From assembly GCA_965226495.1 (NCBI GenBank), contig OZ245365.1, positions 5,120,001 through 5,184,000 of the forward strand: 64,000 nucleotides of DNA. Direction: 5' to 3'. The number at the start of each line of letters is the position of its first letter. Position 1 is the first letter of the stretch. Both the position numbers and the translations under genes were made by a program. Below the pieces are notes generated by a model. The model was not told the DNA's origin and ran no database searches. It worked only from the letters and a program-made list of their open reading frames with translations. Origin of the DNA: Candidatus Marinacidobacterales bacterium. GTDB lineage: Bacteria > Acidobacteriota > Vicinamibacteria > Marinacidobacterales > DATDRI01. Shown here piece after piece: positions 28,916 through 37,888 of the stretch.

Positions 28916-29541
28916 ACGTCTTAGCTATCGGCGCTCACCCGGACGACATCGAGTTCGGTTGTGCGGGCACACTAATGAAATATGCCGATACCGGGCACAA
29001 CGTCTACGCGATGGTGCTCACCGGTGGAGGAATGGGTGGATCGAAGGGCGTTCGCCAAAAGGAGGCGGAGGCGGCGGCTCTCAAGATGGGCGTCAAAGAG
29101 ATTGTCTGGGGAAGTTACCAAGACACGGAGCTCCCCCTGAGCAAATCTCTAATCGAAGACATAGAGAAAGCCATCGAGTCCGTCCAACCCTCGTTCATTT
29201 TCATTCACCATCAGTACGACACCCATCAAGATCACCGAGTTCTCGCCCAGGCCGCTATTTCGGCAACTCGCTACATCAGAAACGTCCTTTTCTTCGAGGG
29301 TCCCACCTCGGTCGATTTCAGCCCCAACGTCTTTGTAGATGTCACTACCCATATGGACCGAAAAATGGTGGTGCTCGCCGCACACGCCTCGCAGATGGAG
29401 AAGACGAATATTCCCGGCCTAAACATCGTGGACATTGCGCGCGCCGTCGCCGTTTCTCGCGGCATCCAGGCCCGATCCGGTTATGCGGAGGGCTTCGTTT
29501 CGCTTCGACTGTTCATCAACGTGGGGGAGGAGGTCGGCTAG
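28912..29541 (+). CDS. PIG-L/LmbE family deacetylase
   Basis: GAHPDDIEFG, DTHQDH, HASQ, YAEGF. Confidence 0.9.
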   Translation: MNVLAIGAHPDDIEFGCAGTLMKYADTGHNVYAMVLTGGGMGGSKGVRQKEAEAAALKMGVKEIVWGSYQDTELPLSKSLIEDIEKAIESVQPSFIFIHHQYDTHQDHRVLAQAAISATRYIRNVLFFEGPTSVDFSPNVFVDVTTHMDRKMVVLAAHASQMEKTNIPGLNIVDIARAVAVSRGIQARSGYAEGFVSLRLFINVGEEVG

Positions 29542-29544
29542 ACC

Positions 29545-30597
29545 GTGAGACGCATTCCCCACTCACGTCCACTCATCGGCACCGCGGAGCACAGAGCGGT
29601 GAGCCGGGTTCTCGCTTCCGGACTTCTTGTCGAAGGGCAGGAAGTGGCCGGCTTCGAGAGGGAGATGGCACGCAAGCTCGGTCGCCGACATGCCGCCGCG
29701 GTCAGTTCGGGGACCGCCGCGCTTCACCTCGCTCTCACCGCGCTCGGGATCGGCTCCGGAGATCGAGTCGCTCTTCCGAGCTACGTCTGTGCTGCTCTGC
29801 TCCACGCCGTCGAGCTGGTCGGTGCCAAACCACTTCTTATCGATATCGACCCTTCCACCTTCAATCTAGATCCGGATGATCTTCGCAAGCGACTCCGCTC
29901 GGGCACAAAGGCGGTGATCGTCCCTCATATGTTCGGCCTGCCCGCGTCGATAACAGAGATCGCCGCCTGCGGGGTACCGATCATCGAAGACTGCGCCCTG
30001 GCGCTCGGCGCCAAGTATCGGCGCAAGCCGGTGGGCAGCCTCGGCGTGCTTTCCGTCGTGTCTTTCTATGCCACGAAGATGATCACCAGCGGCGAGGGAG
30101 GGATGGTTCTGGGTAATCGAGCCGGTTTGTTGCAGGACATCTTAGATCGCCGAGGCTACGATGGCCGGAGCCAGCATCGCCGGCGATTCAACTACAAGAT
30201 GACGGACCTCCAGGCAGCCCTCGGAAAGGCGCAACTACGCAGGCTAACCGACTTTGTTCGCCGACGCCGCCGACTGGCGGCTTTTTACACTAAGAAACTG
30301 CGGGGGGGTCCTTGGGATTTGCCACCGCTCGACCGCGACCATTGCTTCTATCGTTTCGTTGCTCGTCCACGACGTGGGACTGAACGTTTGCTCATCGAAC
30401 TGGAGCGTCGCGGTATCGAGGCGCGGCGGCCTGTCTTTCGTCCACTGCACCGGTACCTCGGCCTCCAAGGCTTTCCCGGTACGGATGAAGCCTATCGACG
30501 GGCCGTTTCGATCCCTCTGTACCCGGCCCTGAGCTCTGTAGAAGCGGAGCGCGTCGCGAAAGTAACGGTGCAGGTGGGCAACCGCCTCTCGCGGTGA
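29545..30597 (+). CDS. DegT/DnrJ/EryC1/StrS PLP-dependent sugar aminotransferase
   Basis: SSGTAALHLAL, IIEDCA, SFYATKMITSGEGG (PLP lysine), NYKMTDLQAALG. Confidence 0.92.
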   Translation: MRRIPHSRPLIGTAEHRAVSRVLASGLLVEGQEVAGFEREMARKLGRRHAAAVSSGTAALHLALTALGIGSGDRVALPSYVCAALLHAVELVGAKPLLIDIDPSTFNLDPDDLRKRLRSGTKAVIVPHMFGLPASITEIAACGVPIIEDCALALGAKYRRKPVGSLGVLSVVSFYATKMITSGEGGMVLGNRAGLLQDILDRRGYDGRSQHRRRFNYKMTDLQAALGKAQLRRLTDFVRRRRRLAAFYTKKLRGGPWDLPPLDRDHCFYRFVARPRRGTERLLIELERRGIEARRPVFRPLHRYLGLQGFPGTDEAYRRAVSIPLYPALSSVEAERVAKVTVQVGNRLSR

Positions 30598-30601
30598 CCG
30601 T

Positions 30602-31738
30602 ATGCGTAAGATCTATCGTTTCGGTGCCGCCGGGTTAGCCGTGTTCGCCGCGTTTGGGCTCGCCTTTCCTTTTCTTGAGGTAACGGAAACACACTTGCTC
30701 GTGCTGTTCGCTCTGGGTATATCTGCCACGCTGACCCCGGTGGCGGCTTGGCTGGCACGCCGGGTTGGCGCCATTGACACGCCGGGCGGCAGAAAGATTC
30801 ACGATCGGCCGACTCCTTTGCTCGGAGGCGGAGCGATTTACGTCGCGTTCTTCGTCGCCGTATCGCTGGGCTCTGGAGTCACGGGAGAGCTACGGGGTGT
30901 GGTTCTTGCCGGCAGCCTCATTTTCGCGATTGGCATCGTCGAGGATACGAGAGGCGCTTCCGCAACCGTGCGGCTACTCTTCCAAACCGCCGCCGTCATT
31001 ACTCTGATTCGCTACGGCGTGGTACTTACATTCCTTCCACCGACATGGTGGGGAGTCGCCGGCGAATGGATTCTCACATTCCTTTGGGTGGTCGGAATCA
31101 CAAACGCCTTCAATTTCCTAGACGGCTTGGATGGACTGGCGGCGGGCTCGGCCACCATCAATGCGTTCTTCCTCGGAGCCTACGCCGAGGCCACCGGCCA
31201 GGGAGGTCTAGCGCTACTTTCCTTTTCTCTAATGGGAGCGGCGGCGGGGTTTCTTCCTTACAACTACAAACCCCACCGGCGAGACACCGGAGGGGAGATC
31301 TTCCTGGGCGACTCCGGATCTACTTTTCTCGGGTTCACACTTGCGTCGCTAGCCATTATGGGCGACTGGGCCGAAGGAAGCCCCAAGGACATGATCGTGC
31401 CGGTGCTGATCATGGCGGTTCCGATCTTCGACATGATTTTGATCACCATTATGAGAGTACGGGAAGGTTTGGTCCGCAATTTCACCGAGTGGATCGTCTA
31501 CACCGGGCGCGATCACTTTCATCATCGGCTGCTGGGTCTGGGCATGCGCAAGAAGGAAGCGGTGGCGGTCATCTACCTCGTCAGCCTGTGTCTCGGTATC
31601 TCCGCGTTTCTCCTCAAGGGATCCAAGACCGCGGATGCCTTCTTGGTCCTAGGGCAAGTCACGATCATCTTCGGCATCATCGGCTACGCGATGGTTGTCA
31701 TGCGAAACAGGCGCGGCGCCGACGACGCGTCAGAGTAG
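30602..31738 (+). CDS. wecA: Undecaprenyl-phosphate HexNAc-1-phosphate transferase (WecA/TagO)
   Basis: RKIHDRPTPLLGG, NAFNFLDGLDGLA, IFLGDSGS, DHFHHRL. Confidence 0.88.
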   Translation: MRKIYRFGAAGLAVFAAFGLAFPFLEVTETHLLVLFALGISATLTPVAAWLARRVGAIDTPGGRKIHDRPTPLLGGGAIYVAFFVAVSLGSGVTGELRGVVLAGSLIFAIGIVEDTRGASATVRLLFQTAAVITLIRYGVVLTFLPPTWWGVAGEWILTFLWVVGITNAFNFLDGLDGLAAGSATINAFFLGAYAEATGQGGLALLSFSLMGAAAGFLPYNYKPHRRDTGGEIFLGDSGSTFLGFTLASLAIMGDWAEGSPKDMIVPVLIMAVPIFDMILITIMRVREGLVRNFTEWIVYTGRDHFHHRLLGLGMRKKEAVAVIYLVSLCLGISAFLLKGSKTADAFLVLGQVTIIFGIIGYAMVVMRNRRGADDASE

Positions 31739-31816
31739 CCCTCCTACCTCGGGGTGCCGTCCCTGACAAGCTCCGGTTGGGGCAACTACCTACCTCGGGC
31801 GCCCTTCGGTTTTCTG

Positions 31817-32065
31817 CTAGTTTCCGTTGCTGGAAACCGCGTAATAGAGGTCCAAGGCAGCGTTACTACGCTTTCCGACGGCGTTCAAATCCACGAGCTT
31901 GTCCAGCACGCGGCGAACCTCGACCGGATCGTCTTGCACCCACCACTTGGCGATCCCCTCGACCGTGTCCTTCGCCTGGGGGTAACGTCGGAAGTAGTCG
32001 AGGATTTTGAAGGCAAGCTTGGAGTTCTCCACGAACTCCATTACTGCCGTATCGTTTTGTTTCAT
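31817..32065 (-). CDS. Small hypothetical protein, winged-helix-like
   Basis: AAGGAG RBS; ILDYFRRYPQAKDTVEGIAKWW...VRRVLDKLV...LYYA pattern fits a wHTH; upstream sigma54 element. Confidence 0.72.
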   Translation of the reverse strand: MKQNDTAVMEFVENSKLAFKILDYFRRYPQAKDTVEGIAKWWVQDDPVEVRRVLDKLVDLNAVGKRSNAALDLYYAVSSNGN

Positions 32066-32111
32066 CGTTCAACTTCTCCTTAGCCTTCGCACTCCTCGTG
32101 CCGGTAGATTT

Positions 32112-32127
32112 TGCAACCCCTATGCCA
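32112..32127 (-). promoter_or_regulatory. Putative sigma54 -24/-12 promoter of the small wHTH gene
   Basis: Minus strand TGGCAT-AGGGG-TTGCA. Confidence 0.72.
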
Positions 32128-32422
32128 AGAGCACCGACATACGCTTCCTAGAAGCGAAAACCCAAAGCGGACGCGCAGATCGCAAGCTGCCCCCAGTCTG
32201 AAGAGCAGTTCCTTTTCGGTATCGGTGCGGTCATTTCCACACGTAAACCCATATGGTCCATAGGTTTTCTCCTGCAGGAACCCGATCTCACCAAAAGGCC
32301 TTCTCGGAAGCCCCGGAACCCAATGTCGGGTTTCTCGCCGACTTGTAGGGGATACCCGACGCCCCGGCGGGAAAATCCCTCCATTTCGGCCCGCGGAGCA
32401 AAAGAGCCCTAACCTTCCCATC

Positions 32423-32440
32423 TTTGTAACACAATACAAA
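32423..32440. promoter_or_regulatory. AT-rich palindrome, candidate activator or architectural-protein site
   Basis: TTTGTA-N6-TACAAA, about 60-75 nt upstream of the -24 element at 32498. Confidence 0.4.
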
Positions 32441-32497
32441 TAAATGGTTTACGGCCATCCAGTCAATCACGATTCACCTCTTTTTGTTGCCCTTCTT

Positions 32498-32513
32498 TGG
32501 TACGGAACTTGCT
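32498..32513 (+). promoter_or_regulatory. Putative sigma54 -24/-12 promoter of the signalling operon
   Basis: TGGTAC-GGAAC-TTGCT, 55 nt before the start codon. Confidence 0.72.
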
Positions 32514-32568
32514 CGATAAACTCGGACCGGGTCTTTAAGAACGGACAAAGTGAACGAAGGAGTTGTGA

Positions 32569-33579
32569 TTGTCGCAAAAGATTCTAGCGGTTGATGACGA
32601 GCCAGATATCCTCCGGCTTACCCAGTACCTACTGGAGTCGTGGGGGTACGAGGTTGCATCGGCCTCGAACGGCCGCGAGGCCATCGAAGTCGCCAGGCAA
32701 GACGTGCCGGATCTCATCCTGATGGATGTGAACATGGAGGAGATGAACGGCCTCGAGGCCTGTGAACATCTCAAGAGCGACTTCTCGACTTCGTTTATCC
32801 CTGTCATCATGTTAACCAGTCAAGACCAAGTCAACGACAAGATCATCGGCCTCGGGAAAGGGGCGGACGACTACGTCATCAAGACCGTCGATCCCCTCGA
32901 ACTGAAGGCTCGCATCGAGATGGTGATTCGCCGCACCCAAGAGCAATCGAACGCCAACCCTCTCACCAAGCTTCCCGGTAACGTGGTGATCGAACGAATC
33001 GTCCAACAGAAGCTCCTGTCCGGCGATGGATTCTCGGTATGCTACTGCGACTTGGACAATTTCAAAGCGTACAACGACAAGTACGGATACGAAGCCGGTG
33101 ACCGAGTCCTCGTTCATACCGCTGGGTTGTTAGTGAAGTCGGTGCGAGAAAAGGGTAACCCCGGTGACTTCGTGGGACATATCGGTGGAGACGATTTCGT
33201 GGCGGTGACGGATCCCTCTCACGAGGATGCCGTGTGCAGCACGATGATCCAGAACTTCGACCAGTCGATCGCCGAGTTCTACGACCAAGAAGACAAGTCT
33301 CGGAAATACATTCACGTGGAAAACCGCTCCGGTGCCATGGAGCGGTTCCCGATCATGAGCATCACCGTGGCGGTGGTGAACAACGTCACCGAGCGTGCGG
33401 GCAGCTCGCACGAGATCGCGGAACGGGCGGCCGAGCTCAAGAAGTATCTAAAGCGTTTCCAGGGTAGCAACTACCTTTCCGAGCGGCGCAACAAACCCGA
33501 TAACGCAGCAGGCAACAAACCTGCCGGCGCCTCGGGTGACGTCCTTCTGCCGGCTCAGGAGTTTGGTAATGGCAGGTAG
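32569..33579 (+). CDS. Response regulator receiver + GGDEF diguanylate cyclase
   Basis: VDDE, LILMD, GADDYVIK; DLDNFKAYNDKYGYEAGD, HIGGDDF. TTG start with AAGGAG RBS. Confidence 0.9.
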   Translation: MSQKILAVDDEPDILRLTQYLLESWGYEVASASNGREAIEVARQDVPDLILMDVNMEEMNGLEACEHLKSDFSTSFIPVIMLTSQDQVNDKIIGLGKGADDYVIKTVDPLELKARIEMVIRRTQEQSNANPLTKLPGNVVIERIVQQKLLSGDGFSVCYCDLDNFKAYNDKYGYEAGDRVLVHTAGLLVKSVREKGNPGDFVGHIGGDDFVAVTDPSHEDAVCSTMIQNFDQSIAEFYDQEDKSRKYIHVENRSGAMERFPIMSITVAVVNNVTERAGSSHEIAERAAELKKYLKRFQGSNYLSERRNKPDNAAGNKPAGASGDVLLPAQEFGNGR

Positions 33580-36475
33580 CAACGCCTTTCGGCATCGAGG
33601 GCTCGTCGCTGGCATCGTAGCCGCCGCCATTGCGGTGACCTTGCTCCATTTCAACGTCCTGCAGCCGGTTGAGCACCAACTCTACGATCAGAACTTTAAT
33701 CTCTTCTGGGATGAACAGGATACTTCGGAGATCATCATCATTGGCATCGATCCGACCTCACTGTCGGCCATCGGAACTTTCCCCTGGCCGAGAATGTTCC
33801 ACGCCGAAGTCCTTCGGCAGGTATCCCGGGATGGCGCCAAGGTCATCGGAGTGGACATCGGCTTCATCGAGCCGGATCGGGACTCACCGCGTAACGATAT
33901 CGAGATGGTAGACGCAATCACCGAAGCCGGAAACGTGGTCGTTCCGCTACTCGTCGAAAAACGTGGTAGCGGCGAGAATCTACGCCTCGTGTGGGCAAAG
34001 AGCGTTCCCGAGATGTTCGAGGCCGCGGACGGCAACGGCCACGTTCACATCGAAAGCGGCACCGATGGGATCGTCCGGCAAGTCCAGCTGTCACAGGAAC
34101 TGGGAGACGAAAGATACTGGAGTTGGGCAGTCGAGATACTGCGGACTTACCTCGACCTCCCACCAGAATCGGTACGAAACGTCGGCAAGAACGCTCTCGG
34201 CCTTGGAGACATCGAGATCCCGGCGACGACCGCGCCCGAGTCGGCAGAGTCCGGAGCAGATCGGATTCTCGTCGACTACAAAATGAACATCGGTTGGGTG
34301 GGAGGCGGAGGTACTTTCGAGCGGATCTCGGCCTACAAAGTCATCAATGGCGATTTTCCTAGGGGCACCTTCACCGGAAAGATCGTTCTCTACGGGATGT
34401 CTGCGTCGGGATATGACGAGTTCTTCACTCCTTACTCTCACGGGCCGATGGCCGGGGTGGAGGTTCAGGCCAACGTCATCCACACCATCCTAAAGGGCAC
34501 GTTTATCCGCCCGATAGGCTTTGGAATAATCGCATTCCTCACCATCATGGCCGCTCTCGCAGTCGGCTTCATCTACGAGAAGTTCGAGACCAAGATGGCG
34601 GCCGGAGCCTTGGTCGTTTTCCTGGCGATAAGTCTCACCGCGTACCTCTACCTTTTCAATGCTCACGGATACTGGCTCAAGATCACGCCGATCCACACCG
34701 CGATGGTTCTGGCGTTCGTCGCCGCGCTCATACTCAAGATGAATCAGGTGAACCTCGCCCTAGATGGCGAGATTCTCAACCTCTCACGGGCTGCCGCCCA
34801 GGACGCGAAGCCGGGCGCGGACCACGTCGTTCAAACGTTCCGGAGTGCCGAGCCGACGCTAAGGGATGTCCTGTCGATCCCAGCCGCCGCCCTTTTCAAG
34901 GTCGAGCGGTCCAAGGGTCTCATGACTCTGGCAAGCCAGTTCGGGCTATCCGAGCCCAAACGTCCCAAGGAGCGGACCGTCAAGATCGGAGCCGACCTTC
35001 GAGGACTGCTCATTGGGCTCGATCCGGTCAGCGTGGATGGAGCAAAGCAACACCCACTGCGCGCGATGCTCAGGGGTAGTCTCCACCACACACTCTTCGT
35101 TCCGGCATTGGCACAGGGTGAGACGGTAGGAGCCCTTTTCGTCTGCCGGCCCAAAGGCTCGCCGTTCAGCGTCGAAGAGGAAGAGCTTCTAAAGGCGGTC
35201 GCGTCCGAGTTGGGATCGCTTTGGTACAACGCTGCTCTGTACGGCCGTTTGAATCAGATGTCTTCGAATCCACTCGCTCGTTTCACGTACAAGAACCAAG
35301 AGCGTCGCATCCAGACGCTATCAGCGCTCAGCGATACCGTACGAGGCGAGAAAGCTCTGATGGGCGCGATCATGGACAGTATCGCCGACGGCGTCGTCGT
35401 CACCGATTCGCTCGGCACGATTCGCCTGCTCAACCCCAAGGCCAAAGACATTTTGGGACTGTACGCGGAAAACGCCATTGGGCAGAACGCCACCGAGTTC
35501 ATCCGGCGTTTCTACGACGTCCCGTTCGAGGACATTCGCCAGAAGTTCCAAGACATAGTCGAGCGCGAGAAAACGTTCAGCATGGAAGTGAAGCTGGCGC
35601 TGCCGACGACTCGGTACTACACACTCTCGCTGGGACCGGTTCGCAGTCGCGAGGGGCTCGTGCAAGGTATCGTTGCGGTTCTATCCGACATTACCAAGCT
35701 CAAGGAAATGGATCAGATGAAGACGGATCTCATGTCTATGGTAACTCACGAGATTCGCACACCCCTGGCCACGGTTCGCGGCTTCGCTCAGATCCTCCTC
35801 AAGGGGGGAATCCCTGCCGAGAAATCGTCAGAATTTCTAGGAATCATCAACCGTCAGTCGAACCGGTTGGTCAGTCTGGTCAACGACTTCCTCGACATTA
35901 GCCGTATCGAGTCGGGTCGCCAGGCAGTTACCAAGGGCCCGATCGAGATGGAGAAGTTGGTCGAGAATTCGATCATCGACCTCCAGCCGTTGGCCCAGGA
36001 AAAGAGCATGGAGCTCAGGTACAACCCGCCGCCGGGTCCGCTTCCGGAGATTTTCGCCGACCGCAACCTGCTCGAACAAGCACTCATCAATTTGGTCTCC
36101 AACGGAATCAAATACAGCCCCAAGGGAGCTTACGTCGAAGTCTCCTTGAGCCGGGAGAATTCTCACCTTCGGGTAGACGTCAAGGACAATGGGCTCGGGA
36201 TACCCAAGGAAGCGCTGCCGCGACTTTTCGAAAAATTCTACCGCGTCCGGTGCGACGATCGAAAGGACATCATTGGTACAGGACTCGGTCTCTCGCTCGT
36301 GAAGCAAATCGTCGAAGTGCATGGCGGCAATATATCCGTTCAGAGCGAGCACGGTGCAGGATCGACTTTCACTTTTACCGTTCCTCTCAAAACCGAAGGC
36401 GAGGGAGGACAGGCGGAGGACGGTGGAGCGACCGACTCAACGGTTGTGGACGCGGTCGCAGCTTTACAGAGTTGA
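33569..36475 (+). CDS. CHASE2-GAF-PAS sensor histidine kinase
   Basis: CHASE2 motifs IIIIGID, FPWPR, DGIVR, GKIVLYG, GVEVQAN followed by 3 TMs; GAF-like VPALAQGETVGAL; PAS DSIADGVVV; THEIRTPL, NLVSNGIKY, DNGLGIP, GTGLGL. Confidence 0.9.
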   Translation: MAGSNAFRHRGLVAGIVAAAIAVTLLHFNVLQPVEHQLYDQNFNLFWDEQDTSEIIIIGIDPTSLSAIGTFPWPRMFHAEVLRQVSRDGAKVIGVDIGFIEPDRDSPRNDIEMVDAITEAGNVVVPLLVEKRGSGENLRLVWAKSVPEMFEAADGNGHVHIESGTDGIVRQVQLSQELGDERYWSWAVEILRTYLDLPPESVRNVGKNALGLGDIEIPATTAPESAESGADRILVDYKMNIGWVGGGGTFERISAYKVINGDFPRGTFTGKIVLYGMSASGYDEFFTPYSHGPMAGVEVQANVIHTILKGTFIRPIGFGIIAFLTIMAALAVGFIYEKFETKMAAGALVVFLAISLTAYLYLFNAHGYWLKITPIHTAMVLAFVAALILKMNQVNLALDGEILNLSRAAAQDAKPGADHVVQTFRSAEPTLRDVLSIPAAALFKVERSKGLMTLASQFGLSEPKRPKERTVKIGADLRGLLIGLDPVSVDGAKQHPLRAMLRGSLHHTLFVPALAQGETVGALFVCRPKGSPFSVEEEELLKAVASELGSLWYNAALYGRLNQMSSNPLARFTYKNQERRIQTLSALSDTVRGEKALMGAIMDSIADGVVVTDSLGTIRLLNPKAKDILGLYAENAIGQNATEFIRRFYDVPFEDIRQKFQDIVEREKTFSMEVKLALPTTRYYTLSLGPVRSREGLVQGIVAVLSDITKLKEMDQMKTDLMSMVTHEIRTPLATVRGFAQILLKGGIPAEKSSEFLGIINRQSNRLVSLVNDFLDISRIESGRQAVTKGPIEMEKLVENSIIDLQPLAQEKSMELRYNPPPGPLPEIFADRNLLEQALINLVSNGIKYSPKGAYVEVSLSRENSHLRVDVKDNGLGIPKEALPRLFEKFYRVRCDDRKDIIGTGLGLSLVKQIVEVHGGNISVQSEHGAGSTFTFTVPLKTEGEGGQAEDGGATDSTVVDAVAALQS

Positions 36476-36492
36476 CGCGGGGAATCGTAAAG

Positions 36493-37791
36493 ATGGGCAA
36501 AACACGAATCCTGGTTGTAGACGATGAGCTCGATAACAGGGTCATGATGCGCTATTTCCTCGAGTCTTGGGGCTACGAGGTGGAGCTTGCGAGTGATGGC
36601 AAGGAGGCCTTGGAGAAGGTAGGAGCCAACCGGCCGGCGCTCGTCTTACTCGACTTGGAAATGCCGATCATGAACGGCTTCGAAACCTGCGACCGCCTCA
36701 AGAGCAATCCGGACACCGAACACATACCTGTCATCATGTTCACCGGTTTGGAACAGACAACCGACAAGGTAAAGGGAATCAAGAAGGGTGCCGACGACTA
36801 CGTCGTCAAGACGGTCGATCCGGAAGAGCTTCAGGCTCGCATCGAGATGATCCTCAGACGAGCTCAACGGTACGTGGCTAAGGAAGCCCCCGCCGCTCCA
36901 GAAACACAGCACGCCGTCTCCGGCTCGCTGGCCGACCTTCAGTTTGCTGAAGCCATGCAGCTCATCTTGACCTACGGGAAAACCGGTGTCATGCACTTGG
37001 TTGACGGAAACAGCAAAGCTCGAGTCTACGTCAAGGAAGGACAGCAGATCGTGCACGCCGAGGTCGAAGACTTTCAAGGCGAGGAAGCCTTCTACAAGTT
37101 GGCGTTTTGGAAGGCTGGGAAATTCCAGTTCCAAGTAGGCGAGGAACCGGACAAACGGACGATCAACGCCTCCGGCACCAGCCTTTTAATTGAGGCTACC
37201 CGACGGCTCGACGAATGGAACATGTTCTCGAGCAAGATCCCGAGCTTCGATGTGACTCCCTATCGTGTGCCACTCGCGGAAGACAGCGATTCGATACGCT
37301 TGACGCGCATGGACTGGGGAATCCTCAGACTCGCGGATGGCCAGCGATCCATCCAGCAGATCGCGGAATCCTTGGGCATCGACAGCTTCGAGGCCGGCCG
37401 CGTCGTGTTCGGCCTGCTTACTGTGGGCGCCATTTCGCTGGAGCCGGAGCCCGAGCCCCGAGAGGATCTCTTTGAAGCAGTGCCAGAGCTTATCCCCGAG
37501 CTTCCGAGCGACGAGCCGCTACATCTCACCGCTCTTCAGTGGAAGATTCTCGCTTCCATCGATGGACGCCGCTCGATGAACGCCTTGGCCAATCGAGCCG
37601 GGGTGCCGACGGCCACGGTCGTCGAGATGGTGAAAGATATGGCCGGCCTTGGGTGGGTCTATTTAGAGCAATCTACCACCCCGACTCCTGCCATCAAGTT
37701 GTCCCTTGAAAAAGACGACCCAACCAAGGACCCCACGAATGTGGGTGTCGAAGATTTCCGACCCCGTATTCGGGCAATCGGGATCGATTAA
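36493..37791 (+). CDS. Response regulator receiver + DUF4388 (PatA-like) domain + two HTH-like repeats
   Basis: VDDE, LVLLD, GADDYVVK; SGSLADLQFAEAMQLI..KTG...GEEAFY..W.AGKFQF...LLIEATRRLDE; repeated LT..W.IL...DG.RS units. Confidence 0.85.
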   Translation: MGKTRILVVDDELDNRVMMRYFLESWGYEVELASDGKEALEKVGANRPALVLLDLEMPIMNGFETCDRLKSNPDTEHIPVIMFTGLEQTTDKVKGIKKGADDYVVKTVDPEELQARIEMILRRAQRYVAKEAPAAPETQHAVSGSLADLQFAEAMQLILTYGKTGVMHLVDGNSKARVYVKEGQQIVHAEVEDFQGEEAFYKLAFWKAGKFQFQVGEEPDKRTINASGTSLLIEATRRLDEWNMFSSKIPSFDVTPYRVPLAEDSDSIRLTRMDWGILRLADGQRSIQQIAESLGIDSFEAGRVVFGLLTVGAISLEPEPEPREDLFEAVPELIPELPSDEPLHLTALQWKILASIDGRRSMNALANRAGVPTATVVEMVKDMAGLGWVYLEQSTTPTPAIKLSLEKDDPTKDPTNVGVEDFRPRIRAIGID

Positions 37792-37888
37792 AGGAGAATT
37801 GTTAATGAAAAGTTTTTCAGTCTTCCCCAACCGCTCCGGTGGGCTCGCGATTAGGTCGACAGCTCACCAAGAAACAGAGGAGGTACCC

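Noticed and set aside
28635-29879. 414-aa alternative-frame ORF
   Set aside because: It overlaps the well-supported wbqC, deacetylase and degT genes; its Arg/Ser/Pro-rich composition is typical of GC-rich shadow ORFs.
31743-31799. 11-bp direct repeat CCTACCTCGGG (31743, 31789) between convergent genes
   Set aside because: Only two short copies, with no element between them and no clear terminator structure; no function can be supported.
31754-32083. 109-aa plus-strand ORF after wecA
   Set aside because: Antisense to the small wHTH-like gene, which has the RBS and promoter.
32066-32568. c-di-GMP riboswitch or other ncRNA in the long intergenic region
   Set aside because: I could not find the GEMM stem and tetraloop pattern by eye, and promoter elements explain the region. 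An Rfam scan would be decisive.
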